From: the human T2T-CHM13v2.0 reference genome, Homo sapiens
Assembly: GCA_009914755.4 (NCBI GenBank)
Contig: CP068257.2
Location: forward strand, 26,816,001-26,880,000
Length of the DNA: 64,000 nucleotides
Direction: 5' to 3'
A program made the position numbers and the translations under genes. Shown in pieces: positions 15,806 to 30,424 of the stretch. The notes beneath the pieces are model-generated. The model searched no databases, had not been told where the DNA came from, and worked only from the letters and a program-made list of their open reading frames with translations. Within the stretch, counting starts at the first letter, position 1; every line of letters begins with the position of its first letter.

Positions 15806-18691
15806 TAAATGCTGTCTGACCATGTAGCAGGCAGAAGTTCTTAGAAACTGTTCTGGTTCTGAGGACTGCCCGATTTGAGAATTGTTGCTTTTGAGGATTT
15901 TTGCACAAATAAACGCTGATAAATTAAAACAATTTATCAGAGTTTTTTTTAAGTTGAGATTTTTTTAACACCCAGCAAACACAGGTGCATGAGAATTAAT
16001 AAATTATTGTTATTCTAAGTAGCAAGTTTTTGAGGTGGTTTATTATATAACATTATTGTGGTGATAGAAAACTGATATATCCTAATTGAGAAACTGAGCC
16101 TGTTATTGTGTCTTTTACCCATCTCTGATCATCTAGCATCTGAGTATGGATGGTCTAGTTCACATGAAGGATGCTAATTGTGCTTAATTTCATACCCACA
16201 GAGAATACACAAAGAAAATCCTGTTTTTGTAAGTCTTGTCAGACATAAAGAATAATTTTCCTGGACTTCTGACAAAAACCAAACCAATCTCAGATTGGAC
16301 AATTTTTTTTCTGATATAGCCAGAATTCAACATGAATGTGGAAAGACCAAGTGATAATTTAATGCAACAAAAACAAAAGCTGTAAATAAAGGAAGAACAC
16401 AGGATGAATTATTTGGGTGTATATACAAGATTTCTGATGAATAGCTTCGAACCTTTTTGAGGAGATTATTAGGCAAGTTGAGATACATTACCTAGGGAAC
16501 GAGTAGATTTGTTTTCTGTTCATGAGAAAAAACTCATAAATAAAATGCAAAGAACTAGAAAATTATATGTTTAATTATCAAATTCAGTAAAAGCCATTCA
16601 ATTATTTTTTAAGCAATCTTAACATTTTGGGGAAGCTTAGTCTCAAATTTTTCAGAAAATGCATCAAAGATGAAACAGCAATTCAATAACAGCAAAGAGT
16701 AAATACATGTTAGTGCTTATTAGTAAGAATCGGAAAACATATACATCATTTGCTACTTAATGAAGAGTAAAAATTGTAGTCCATGCCGATTCTTCATGTT
16801 AAGTTTATTCATACAGAAGTCTCAACATTAAAAAATTCTTCCGAAAAAAAGACATAGCTAAAATCAAAGGAGTACTGAACAAAATTGAGACCCAAAAATC
16901 CATATGAAGAATCAACAAAAACAAAAGTTAGATTTTTCAAAGAATAAACAGGATTGACAGACTGCTGCTTAAATTGACAAAGAAAAAAAGACTAGGGTGA
17001 CATTACAACTGATACCACAAAAATACAAAAGATCCTCAGAGACTGTTATGAACAGAAATGGATAAATGCCTGGAAACACATAACCTCCGAAGATTGAATA
17101 AAGACTGAATTGAAGCCATATACAGACCAATATTGAGGTCTGAAATTCAATCAGTAATAAAAATTCTACCAACCAAAAAAAAAGCCCCAGACTAGATAGA
17201 TTCACAGCCAAATTCTACCAGATGCACAAAGAAGAGTTAGTAATAATTCTACTAAAACTACTCCAAAAACTTGAGCAGGAGGGACTCCCCTGTAATTCAT
17301 TCTATGAAGCCAGCATCACTCCGATACCAAAATCTGACAAAGATACTACAAAAAAGAAAACTATAGGCCAATATTCCTGATGAACAAGACACAAAATTCC
17401 TCAACCAAATGCTAGCAAACATTCAGCAGGACATCAAAGAATTAATTCACCATGATCAACTAGGCTTCATTCTTGGGATGCAAGGTTGGTTCAACATCTA
17501 CAAATCAATAAATGTGCTTCACCACATAAATATAATTAAAACCAAAAACCATATGATCATTTCAGTAGACATGGAAATGCTTTTGTTAAAACCCAACATC
17601 ACTCCATTATTTTTAAAAACTCTCAACAAACTAGACATTGAAGGAACATACCTCAAATAATAAGAGTCATCTATGACAAACCCACAACCAACATCACACT
17701 GAATAGACAAAAGCTGGAAGCATACCCCTTGAGAACTGGAACAAACAAGGATATCCACTCTCACCACTCCTATTCAACATAGTACCTGAAGTCCTAGCCA
17801 GAGTAATCAGGCAAGATAAAGAAATAAAAAGGAATCTAAACAGAAAGAGAAGAAGTCAAAATATCTCTCTTTGCTGATGATATGATTCTATACCTAGAAA
17901 ACCCTAAATATCCTGCCAAGAGGCTCCTGGAATTGATACAGTATTTCAGTAAAGTTTCAGGACACAAAGTTGATGTACAAAAATTAGTAACAATTCAATA
18001 CCCAAAAAACATTCAAGCTGAGAACCAAATAAAAAATACAACCCCATTTACAATAGCCACAAAAAAATAAAATACATAGGAATATACCTAACCAAGGAGG
18101 TGAAAGATGTCTACAAGGAGAGTTATATAACACCGCTGAAAGAAATTATAGATGACACAAACAAGTGGAAAAACATTCCATGATAATATACTGGAAGATG
18201 TAATATCATTAAAATGCCCATACTAACCAAAGCAATCTACAGAATGAATATTATTTCTCTCAAACTACCAATATCATTTTTCACAGAATTAGAAAAAAAA
18301 AACTATTTTAAAATACATTTGGAACCAAAAAAGAGCCTTAATAGCCAAAGCAATCCTAAACAAAAAGAACAAACCTGGAAGCATAACGTTACCTAACTTC
18401 AAACTATACTAAAACACTACAGTAACCAAACAGCAAGGTACTGGTACAAAAAGAGACACATAAACCAATGGAACAGAATACAGTACCCAGAAATAAAGCT
18501 TCATACCTATAGCCATCTGATTTTTGACAAAGTCCACAAAAATAAGCAATGGAGAAAGGAGTCCCTATTCAATAATTGCTGCTGGGACAGCTGACTAGCC
18601 ACATGCAGGTGAAGCTGGACCCTTACCATTCACCATATACAAAAATTAATGCTAAAAAATTTAATGTGAGACCTCATATCTTGTGTACCCC

Positions 18692-18856
18692 ATATATATT
18701 TATATAATATATATTATATATTAATATATAATATATACTATATATAATCTCAATGAGGTGTACATATATAAATATATAATATATATTATATTACATATTA
18801 TATATAATGTATTTATAATATAATATATATTATGTAATACATATCTATATATTATG
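18692..18856. repeat. TA-rich simple-repeat expansion (TA/TATAA-type) inside the L1 ORF2 remnant
   Basis: atatatatttatataatatatattatatattaatatataatatatactatatataatctcaatgaggtgtacatatataaatatataatatatattatattacatattatatataatgtatttataatataatatatattatgtaatacatatctatatattat, flanked on both sides by tgtaccc. Confidence 0.8.
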
Positions 18857-19057
18857 TACCCACAAAAATTAAAAATTAAAACATTTCATAATACAAAAAA
18901 ATGCAGGACCTTAAACTGTAAGAATCCTGGAAGAAGAAAAGCTAGGAAACACTATTCTGGACATTAGCCTTAGGAAAGAATTTTTTACTAAGTCCTCAAA
19001 AGCAATTGCAACAAAAACAAAATTGGACAATTGGGACCTAAACTAAAGAGTTTCCGT

Positions 19058-19356
<299 letters not shown>

Positions 19357-22300
19357 GAGTTTCTGCACAGCAAAAGAAACTATTAACAGAATGAACAGAC
19401 AAACTACACAGTGGGAGAAAATATTCCCAAACTATGCATCTGACAAAGGTCTAATATTCAGAATCTATAAGGAACTTAAACAATTGAACAAGCAAAAAAC
19501 AAATAACCCTATCAAAACCTGGTCAAAAGACATGAACAGATGTACAGACACTTCTCAAAAGAAAACATACAAGCAGCCAACAAACATATGAAAAACAGAG
19601 AAAGTCAAACCAAAACCACAATGAGATACCATCTCACACGAGTCAGAATGGCTATTATTGAAAAGTCGAAACAGCAGATGCTGGTAAGGCTGTGAAGAAA
19701 AGGGAGTGCTTATACACTGTCAGTGGGAATGTAAATTAGTTCAGCCACTGTGGAAAGCAGTCTGGAGATTTCTCAAAGAACTTAAAATAGCAGTACCATT
19801 ACACCCAGCATTCCCACTACTGGGTATATACCCAAAAGAAAAAGTATTCTACCAAAAAGACACATGCACTTGTATGTTTATTGCAGGACTATTCACAATA
19901 GCAAAGACATGGAATCCACATAAGGTACCCATCAATGGTGGATTTGATAAAGAAAAGATGGCAACAAAAGACACTGGGAACTACTAGAGGGAAGAGAGAT
20001 GGAGGATGACAAGGGCTGAAAAACTAACTATTGGGTACTATCCTCGTTACCTGGGTAATGATGGTGTCATTTGTACCCCAAACGTCAGCATCACACAATA
20101 TACTCATGTAACAAACCTTCACAGGTACCTCTGAATCTAAAATAAAAGTTGAAGTCATTTTTTTATTCTGTTAAGTATATATTATATTACAGTTGTTTTT
20201 GAAGGTTTTTTAACTAGACTACATACACTTCTTCATGAACAACACAAATGCAAGAGATTAAAAATGTGTTTATTTATTCAGGGCTAACAGAAATAATGTG
20301 TAACCTCAATATACCTTTATCCTGATGAATTGAGTTTGGGAGCTAAGTTATCTGGACAAGGGTCTTTAATAATATAAAATAATAAGTGTGTGTTTTCAAG
20401 CAAAACAGGTAACAATTCCCACGCATTTATCTAATGAAAATTATAACTCATCAACTGGAAAAGAAGAAATACTTTTACCTAGATATAGTCAGAATGAATA
20501 CGTATTTTTAAAATTTTCAATTTAATTTGCTATAGTAGCATTGTTTATTGCTGGAAAAGTTGCTTGGGAAATATTTTGATCACATTTCTCCAAAATGTAA
20601 ATCTAGCCATATTTTATTGCACAACTCCAAAACTAAACCTCATCTTTTTTATGAGTTAAGTAACCAATACAAAATATCAGAGCCTCCTGAGTTTCTCATA
20701 CTTTAAAAAAAATAGAAGCAGGGAGAAAAAAATGCCTTTTATAGAATTTCAGGACAACCTCATACATTCTAACTTTTATGACAACCTAAGATTTTCAGAT
20801 TTAAAAGGGGAAATTAAAGATGGTTTCACATTTCATCAACAGTGTGGGAAATAAACATTCAAGAAATTACTTTTGCATCATGTGTCATAATTCATGTGAC
20901 CTTGGCTCAAGGCAAGCTTGTACTACAGTGTTGAGCTGTCAGAGAGAGAGGGGAGAACAGCAGGGCTGAGGCTGAGAGAGATTGTCTTAGCTATGGGCTG
21001 ACTGCAGAGAGGTACCGAACAGTCTAACAGTCACACTGTTATGGGGAAGAGAGGGCTTCAGTTTGATCTGCACTGATGTTATCCTCCAAGACAGCATGGT
21101 CTGCTGAGTGTGTATATTTATAGAACTATTTGCCTGTGGGTTCATGCCTGGCTCTCCTTCCTCTCCTTTAGCCCCAACAAACCAACTCTGTTCTGTAACA
21201 TAGCAGGTGGGGTCCACCCTGCAGTCTGCATATCCCAGATCTCAGTATTTGACTTTCTAGCTTCCCATTGAGTTCAGCCAATAGGGAGAACCCTCGGGAG
21301 ATGTGATGATGGAGGGAAGGAAGAAGCTTGGGTAATCTCTCTGTTCCCCTCTGCATTAGGCAGAGTATCCGGAAAGGGCTATATCTTCACCAAGCTCCCG
21401 TGCCCTCTGCACTAAAACTGCTGTGGTTCTAGCTTCTATTAGGCCACTCTATTCCTGGAGTCTGGCAAAACTGCCTTCTCCAGTCCTGTAATAACTAATG
21501 TATTGGTTAGCTCCCCATTCCTTTTGGTATCTCAGCTCTTCCGCCATCTATGTGATCAATTTCTACAAATTAATCGTTCTTGGTTTTAATATTTGGAATT
21601 GTTTCCATTTGTTCTGACTGATACAATGAGAATTTATCTGTCCCTTGGATTTCATGGGTAGAGGCAGTAATTCCACTTGGAGTGGGTGGGCTCTTTCATA
21701 GTGGTTCATGAGGGCTATGGACTATAAAGACAGGATGTATGCCCCATCCTCATGCGGAAAGGGATTGTAAGAGATGTTTAACAGTCCCAGAAAGGTGGGC
21801 TGGGAATCACAGCAGATACACAGTCTAAAAGAAGGATCAAGAATACACTCAGGTTCCAAGGCTGAGGCCCATTCACACGACCTATAACTGTAGCAGGAGT
21901 GGTTGAGGAGGGGGGGGTGGAAGGAAAGTCTGTAATTCAGGGGATATATGGGCTCACTCTAGGCACACAAAATATTTTATTTAAGGAAGCAAGTCTCACA
22001 CCAGTCCCAAATCATGCATGGAGATAGCCTTCCCAATTCTTCCCAGATTAGTGAAAATTGGCCCAGGGACTGGGTGAAGCTGAGCTCATCAAATTTAAGG
22101 GTTTGGGAATTCACCTTCAGGTAAAACTGAAATAAACATCTTTTGAAAGATCCCAGCAAAATTATTGCTAGTGATAAAACCAGCTTCCAAGATTTGGTAA
22201 TGTTTTCTATTCTTCTAATCACTCTTCTACTCTTGTAATTCTATTCAGACCATTTGTCCTGTTTTCTCTTTCAAAATACCATTTATCTTCAATGTCAATA

Positions 22301-24753
22301 ATCCTTTCTAGAATCTTGCTGGTCAAAGTGTGGTGCAAAGATGGGCAGCCTTGGTATCATCTGGCAGCTTATTAAAAATTCAGAATCTCAGGCTCCACCT
22401 TAGGTTTACTGAATTAGAATCTGCATTTGAACAAGATGCCCAGGGGATTCATGCATACATTAAAGTTTTAGAAGCACTTTAGGAGAAAGTAATTTAATTC
22501 AAGTAGCAACTAATATGATTAAAACACTCTTAGCATAGTATTAGAGCACAGAGAAGAATTTTTTTCCTTAAAGATTACAGTGAACCATAAAATACACACA
22601 AACAAAAAAGTTAATGTGAGTTCAGGATTTTATTTTTTTACTTATATACTGCATGAAACCAACGAGCCCTAGATGATTTATTTAACCCTTTTCTGTTTAT
22701 TCTACATGACAAATATTAATATAAGGGCTGTTGGCATAAAATGAGAGGCAGCAGCAAGAATGAAGACTGGTCAAAGGGACAAATCATAGGACTGAACATC
22801 AAAGAACCTTAATTTTCTTCCCATGTTTATGACCTCTCTGCTATGTGCTTGGATGCATAATGCCTCTTCCCTTGCTAAAAATGTTTATTCCACTGGAAGT
22901 TTATCGTATAATCAGAATGAATAATGGTCATACTATGCAAATTTTATATAATATTAGAGAGTCTTGTAGAATTTTGCTCAAAATGCTAATACCAAATTAC
23001 AGATTTACCAAGATATTTGGAATAGAAAGTATTAAAGTGGTTAAAGGCTGGTGGGGGGAAAAGAGTAGAGCTTTCCAGGTTAAAAAATAAAATAAAAAAA
23101 TAAGTTTTGTTTTTATGTCAAAGTCTTTTTGAAAATTATTTTTCTTTTTTTGGAGAGAGGAGGCATCTTCCTAATAACACCAGAAAATATATTAAGTATG
23201 TAAAGAGAGAAAAGCTGTCTACCTAACATCCTGAAAATACTGAGTGATTGAAGATAAGAAGACAAAGGAGTCGTAAAAGCTCTGGAAAACATTGAGGGAA
23301 AGTAATCAATAAACTTTCTACCATCAAGATTTTAAAGTAAAGCTGTGTATTATGTCTGCTTTAAGTTGTATGACTCCAAGTCCCCAGTAGAGAGGTAACC
23401 ATTACATTACAGTTTCCTTTGATTCCTTACCACTTCACACGATTTTTTGGTAAAATTCCCTATGTAGTGGCCTTAAAAAATATTATTTAGTATATTTAAA
23501 ATTTGTATATGTTATAATATAGCCTAAGTTTTTAAAATATGAGTGTATTTATGACTCATTTTTATTTTAAGATGTAAGTACATATTCCTAAATCTGATAT
23601 AGGGTTCTAGTTGCACTGACTGTTGAAAACTGACATCTGAGTTGGAAAGGAGAGAAATGTTTAAAATAGAGACATGTTGAACTCACCAAATAAGGAGGGA
23701 AAGAAGAGAGAAGAAGAAGAAAAGAAATAAGAATGTATGTTTCTGCAAGTTCAACAATTATGTGTGTTAACGCAGGAGCTTAAAGTAGGAGCTCTGGAGT
23801 ACACAGACTCAGAGCACCATGAACATAGTTGGGAGGCACAGCAGGTTAACAGAGATACGGAGTGAAGAGATAGCTGGAGGATGCATGGCCTATAGGATCT
23901 ATTGCTTGGAAGAAGTCAGGAGGGCACAAGACAAGCTGAGACTGCAGTGAAAGACCTGAATTTTCCACCTTGAGAGGATGAGCTATAGTGAAGTGCCTTC
24001 ATTTGCCCAAGCCCTCAAAGCTAACTCAGAAGTTAACTCCTTAATACAGTTTTCTTTAATGTCCAGATTCAAGACACCCTTTGCTCTTTACTCTTCCCCA
24101 GTACTTTTCCTCTGCATACTCTTATAAATATGGTAGCCATGAATCTCAGTCTGCAAACCCAATTTTTTTAACTTTAAAATTTTTAGGCTTTAAATCCAGC
24201 ATTTTAAAAACTTTTGATCTAATTTAATCTGTCTCAGAGTCCCTAAAATCCACAGAGATTATGAGAATGTCAATCCCAAACAACCCTGAAGCCACTACTG
24301 AGGTAGGAGACCAGCTGGACTTAATTCCAGGTTCTGATGGGATGAAATGAAAAAACCACCAAGAACCAGCAGATGGCCAAGAAAGTGATCCCTAGCTGGC
24401 CTCATTGCTCATTAGCATGAGACACTCCCACCAGTGCCATGACAGTTTGCAAATGCCATTGCAACCACCTGGAAGCTACTGTCCCTTTCCATGACAATGA
24501 CCAGGAGGTTACCACCTCTTTGCTAAAAAGTTCTGTATAACCTGACCCTCAATTTGCATTACCTCACCCCTTGATTTGCATGTAACTGAAAGTGCACATA
24601 CGTGACTATAAATACAGTTTCCTACAGCCAACAAGCACAGCTCATGGCTCTAGGCACAATGTCTATGAGTTCTGGTCTGCAAGGAACAGCTCCAGTTCAA
24701 TAAAAGATCACTATCCAGCACCACTGGTTTACCCTTGAATTCTTTCCTGAATA

Positions 24754-24876
24754 AAGGCAAGAGCCCTCTCAGGCTAAGCCCCAGTTTGGAGGCTTGTCTG
24801 TCGACCTACATCAATATAAGTCAAGAGCCCTCTCAGGCTAAGCCCCAGTTTGAGGGTTTATCTGTCCACTTGCATC
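24754..24876. repeat. Local tandem duplication, ~64 bp x 2
   Basis: aaggcaagagccctctcaggctaagccccagtttggaggcttgtctgtcgacctacatc followed after aatat by aagtcaagagccctctcaggctaagccccagtttgagggtttatctgtccacttgcatc. Confidence 0.8.
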
Positions 24877-26624
24877 TCTACCATTGCAGGGCAGATCCAG
24901 AATCCAAGATGCTAATGGGTTTCCCTAAGATGGAAAAGGAGGCTCTTACCATCTGCCCATTATAGCCATGACTGAGATTTATGGTTTCCACTTGGTGGTG
25001 GTATAGTGACTCACTTATTTCAATCCCTGTTTGAGATTCAGCCTCTAGGGTATGCTACCTAAGGACAATACCAACTAGAAAGTCTTGGGTCCATGCTCTC
25101 TCTGGAAACCACTACTCTACAGTTTCTTTCAATTCTTGGAAATCTCCCTACCCTCTACTCCCACTCACTGTCAAAAGTCTCTTCACTTATCTACCCCTCC
25201 CCATTCTCTGTTCAGGATACCTATCACAATCTCTTAGGAGGACTTTGGCTTTTGCAAAAGACAGGAAGGGAAATATGGTGAAGGCAACTTCTGCTTTTGT
25301 TCCCATTATATACATCTCCCTTTAGTGAAAAAAAGTCTGTCAACGTGAAAGGGGCAAAAGGAAAAACAAACTAATTAATATGTTAGCTTTGTAGTCTGAT
25401 TTATTCTTCACCTAAAGACTCTCTATTGTCATCCCAGAGAGATAATTTACTCTCCATCTAGAGGCCATCCCAAACAAGATGGAACCATGTTTGTATCCTG
25501 AATTTGGGTTCTTTGGGATATTAGTCCTAGCATTCAAAGATTAGCTGACTCAGTTTTCCTGAATCTCTCCAATTACTACCTAGGTAAGCCTGGCTACTAG
25601 GCAAGTTTTCTGCTTCCTAAAGGGCACTATCTTCTTTTGGAGAAATTTCTTCCAATACACACTGGCTACATTCCAACCAGAGAAATAATTTAATTATTAA
25701 ATCAAAAAATCTTTATTGAGTGTTTACTACATGCCAGACACTGCTCTAAGCACTGAAAATAAGACAGTGATCAAGGCAAACAAAAATCTCTACCTTCATG
25801 GAGCTTACATACTAGTGATAGGGGCAGACCACAGGGGCAAAAAAATAAAATTACTAAGATAAATAACATGTCAAATAAGAATAAATTCTTAGGGGGAAAT
25901 TTAATCAGGAAAAGGATCTCCTTAAACCATCATTTGGAAAGGGCAAGGGGTGCAATGGGGAGGAAGAAAGTGGAAGAAAGTGTGAAAAAATTTAAATTGG
26001 GTTGCCAAAAAAGGTGTCAGCCCCAGAGAGTCCAGATATGTCTTTGGTGTTTTTGCATAATTGCATAAAGTAGAGGGTGGGAGGTGGTGAGGTTTAAAAG
26101 TAGCCAGGTGTAGAGTCAACTCTAACAGGTGGTGAGCTGGTTCTCCACCTGACTCCATTTTCATCTCTTCACCAATGAGCTAAGACTCTCTCTCCAATTT
26201 CCTCTACCAAAAAATTGGAAGGCCATGCCATGCTCACTAGAGTAAGAGCTGTTGGGTACTCATGATGATTCATGCAACAGGTGTCAACCATCAGGTTGAG
26301 AATCCAGCCCCTAGCTACACCCATCCTTGGTCTTGACATTTTGAAACAAGCTGAAAAGGTACTGACTGAGCTGAGACTCCTGTGGGATCAGAGCAACTCC
26401 ACTATGTGATCCCTTTTTGGTTTCCTGAGACACCTCACCAGTATTTTATTTCTACATTACTTTTTGTGGTTTACCCTTGTGGGTGCTATCTTCTAGCAAA
26501 TGTAAGGCCTAAATTCTAATATTCTCCCTCTGAAACTAAGCAGGGCTCTCTGTAGGCCTAGTATGGGTTCTGGTCTTCACTGAGACAGCATATTCCCAGA
26601 TGCACTCCAGATCCATCAGTGGCT

Positions 26625-26992
26625 GTGTGATGGTTCACTTTACGTGTCAACTTGGGCTGGGCCATAGTGCCCAGACAGTTGGTCAAACTTATTCTGGATG
26701 TTTCCATGAGGGTATTTTTTGGCTGAGATCAATACTTAAATGGGTGGACATTGAATAACAAGTATCCTCCATAATGTGGGTGGGCCTCATCCAATCAGTT
26801 GAAGGCCTTAACAGGACAAATGCTGACCTTTCCTGAGCTAAAAAGAATTCTGCCAGCAGACAGAATTACCTTTGTCTTTGGACTTAGGCAGCGTTCTTCC
26901 CTGGGTCTGCAGCCTGCCAGCTTACCCTGAAGATTTTAGACTTACCAAGCTTTCACAATCACATGAAAAAAATTCCTTGAATAAATCCTTCC
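26625..26992 (+). mobile_element. MLT1-type MaLR LTR (ERVL-MaLR), probably solo
   Basis: tgtgatggttcactttacgtgtcaacttgggctgggccatagtgcccagacagttggtcaaacttattctggatgtttccatgagggtattttttggctgagatcaatacttaaatgggtggacattgaataacaagtatcctccataatgtgggtgggcctcatccaatcagttgaaggccttaacaggacaaatgctgacc ... gattttagacttaccaagctttcacaatcacatgaaaaaaattccttgaataaatcc. Same family as the 13984-14335 copy, with which it shares tcctccataatgtgg..cctcatc..a..tgaaggcctta. Confidence 0.65.
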
Positions 26993-26994
26993 CC

Positions 26995-27026
<32 letters not shown>

Positions 27027-27028
27027 TT
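26993..27028. repeat. Compound microsatellite (CT)n(AT)n at the 3' end of the MLT1 LTR
   Basis: ccccctctctctctctctctctatatatatatattta. Confidence 0.85.
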
Positions 27029-28394
27029 ACACATGTACAGTTGGTTCTATCTGTCTGGAGAACCCTGACTAAGGCAGGCATATAAAGTTTATTTGGTGGT
27101 TCTTCATTTAGACAGCTTTTGTGATTGACTATGAAAGAGTTCTCCCCAAAACCTTGCAAAGCAGTAGTGTAGACTTTTCACAGCTGTGGTATTCCCCATT
27201 TGTCACTGCAAAGAGCCATCTGTTTCTAGCTTTCTGGCTTAAAGAGAGGTGCAACCAATTCTATTTCTTTCTCCTCTTTTATCAGTTTCAATAGTATTCA
27301 ATAAATCAGTCTAGCACACAAAAACATGTGTTTTCATCTTCATCACTAGAGTATAAACCCCTCAAGGGCACGAACTAATATATACCACCACTGTAGCACC
27401 TCTGGGGCTACCTCACATGTTGTAGATGCTCCATAAGGAAAAAAGACAAGGTTGAGCAAATTGTACTGAGAAACTGGATGAGAATGGTTGGCCTAATTTT
27501 GCCCCAAGAATTAACCCAAGCATGCAGGTGTATCTGGTTTAATTTTGCATACCTTCCGTGAAAAATGACTTACCAAGCAGAACTTCACACATTGCGGTTA
27601 TGAGAATGCATTTTTTCATTGGCTCCAGTTCACATGGTTTAAATAGCATTTCATTTCGCTATGAGCTTTATTTTAATTTGAAACTTCACGAATACGAAAC
27701 CATTTGAATCAAACCAGATGCAAGCACTCAGAATATCCTGCTCGTTCCTGTCAGCCTGCTTCACTTGAGAAACAATTCAATTTCTCTTGACTTCAAGCAA
27801 ACCCTTATTGAGCAGGCCTCTTTTTCTCTAATTGGCTTTTAGACTTCTCCACCCTTTACTAGCTGGTTTGTGGAAAAAAGCAAGTAATCTTCAAAAAAAA
27901 AGTTACACCTTTTTTCCTTAAAAACAAGTTATTTTGTTTGGCAATTATAAAATAATACAGAAATATGAGTATGCATATTGCATCTATGTGTTTTGCTTGC
28001 ATATTCAACTCATATACACACATTATCCTTTTAGTTCACTGTAGTTTTATATGAACCTATAATAGTAAGCCAGTTCAGGAATGATGCCTGCCTTATTGTT
28101 AACAAAAATATGAGGATAAAGTTTTCCGCTATCACATCCACTACTGTTTGGGTACGTAAGCTTCCAGTGTAGTTGGCATATGAGAGGTGAGTAATACTTG
28201 TTCCAGATTCAACTTGGAAGCCCGACCTAGGCTAAGCATTGTGTATTTTCTTACTTTTGCAGCATAAGACTTACACATCTAAAAAACAAATAGATTTGCA
28301 ACTATCACATACTCCCCTTTACCAATGTCCATTTTCATTCAAACTCTACTTTGAAAAATCTATCTCTAAAACAAATGGCAAAGCAATGAGCATT

Positions 28395-28458
28395 ACTAGA
28401 CTAGTAACAAGCAACACTAGACTAGTAACAAGCAATGCTAGACTAGTAACAAGTAAGG
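28395..28458. repeat. 21-22 bp tandem repeat x 3 (actagactagtaacaagcaaNN)
   Basis: cattactagactagtaacaagcaacactagactagtaacaagcaatgctagactagtaacaagtaagg. Confidence 0.75.
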
Positions 28459-30424
28459 CCATTTTTTTAACCCAAACACCAAAGCAAATGACCCCTATTA
28501 CAGTGAAGACTGTTGGATTCATTTTAGAAGTCCCCACATTTCAATAATATATCTTTATACACAAACAACCAAAATATGGAAATGTCTTTGTATAGTACCC
28601 ACTTAGGAGAAATTGGTTTTTTAAAAAAACAGAAATGCAACAAGGAAGAATGATGATATACATTAAAATATAGAGACATATGAGAAACCAGTATTTTTCT
28701 TTAAAATCTAGGATGGGAAATTACACAGAAAATACATGAAATGCAGTCCCTTTGTCCTTTTGGCTTTTCTGAATCATCATCATCGTGGTTTAAGGAGAAG
28801 AAGAGGAGGTAGAAGTTTGATGCCTGAAAGGTGACTTGGTAGCCCTGGAAGGCCCACTCGGTGACCCACTTAACTAATGTTGACAGTTCCAATCGGATAT
28901 TCAGAATACAGACTTACACTACAAAGAATGATTACATGTACTCAATGTCTACTACATGTGGCAGGTACTTTGGAAGCCTTACTGATCATCTCAGTCATGA
29001 GTATCATCATACTCCTGCTTCTTATGAGGAAACAGAAGTTGAGCAGAAGCAAGTACGTTGCCCCCAAAATCCCAGAACTAATAAGTGACAAGTCAAGATC
29101 TGAATTTCAGAACTGGCTTACTCAAAAGTCAATGCTTTTTCTACTTTTATACTCTAGAAGAAAAGTTCTTTTTTAAAAATCCTCCTTCACTGCCTCTTTC
29201 TTAATGATTCCAGATGTCTGCTTTACTTCCTGGCCTGTTATAAAGACTCTTAGTTTCTCATGTTTCAATTGTTGATCAAAATAGTTAACTCTATTCAGAA
29301 AAAAAAAAAAAAACAGAGAAGAAAAAAGAAAGTCTTACACATTCTAAAAAGAAAGGAAATGGGTCTGGTCTCTGTTACAGGTTATAGGTTGAATGGTGGG
29401 TCCCCAAAAAGATATGTTGAAATCCTTGAAATCTTAACCTTCAGTCCTTCAGCATGTGACCTTATTTGCAAATAGGGTCTTTACAGAGACAAGAAAGTTA
29501 TGATTAGGTCTCTTGTTTTTGGACACAGAGACAGACACACACAGAGAGAAGACTGTGAGTGTGAATTGTGAATGTGAAGACACACAGGGAGAAGACAGAC
29601 ATGTGACTGGAGTGAGGCATCTATAAGCCAGGGGCTCCAAGGATTGCCAGTGACCAGCAGAATCTAGGAAAAGGCAGGAAGGCTTTCCCTACAAGTTTCA
29701 GAGGGAGCATGCTCCTACAGACGCCTTGACTTTGGACCTCTAGCCTCTGGATCAATAAATTTGTTTTCAGTCACCCAGTTTGTACTACTTTGCAATGACA
29801 GCCCTAGGAAACTAGTACAGCTTTCAAAGAATGAAAATAAAGCACTGTAAAGCCTCGCCACTCACAGTGTGGTCCTGGCACCAGCAGCATCTGCACCCGC
29901 TGGGAACACGGTGGGGTAGAGGCCAGATCTAGTGACTCAGAGCTACTTTTCACCAGCCTCTCCAGGTGATTCGTGTACCTTCAAATAGAGAAGAGAGATT
30001 GCAAATGGAATGCACAGTAAACTTAACTTGTAGCTCGGATAAAAACATAAAAGTACTTCCCTTTTGAAATCCTGTTTCGGGGGCTGGAGGCTCCAGAAGG
30101 TGCATAGAAGAGGGAAAAATGTGTGCCTCTAGGCAGAAAGTGAATGTGTTCACCAGCTAAGACTAAGGATATACTGAAGAAATATGCAGGTACCTGGAAT
30201 GGCTAAGAAACAGGCATCAGAAGGAGACTCAGGATGGCTTTAGGAAAGAAAAGCTAAAAGTGGTTTCAAAACCAAAGGGAATCTAAGAGACACGTGTGTG
30301 ACAAAGGACAGTAGCAGAAGTGGTGTGGGCAGGCCCAGGAGAAGGGAGAAGTATTCCCTGCATCCTTCTCTGGTGGCTGAATAACCAGGGGCCTCCAGGG
30401 AGGGCTGGGGGCAGAGCAGAACTC

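Noticed and set aside
20940-21560. Possible old DNA-transposon or MER-type repeat
   Set aside because: No consensus I can confidently recall. RepeatMasker is needed.
27296-27440. MIR-like block (..ctagagtataaacccctcaagggcacgaact..gtagcacctc..ggctacctcacatgttgtagatgctccataag)
   Set aside because: It resembles the MIR/MIR3 3' region, but the match is loose. Confidence is too low to list as a feature.
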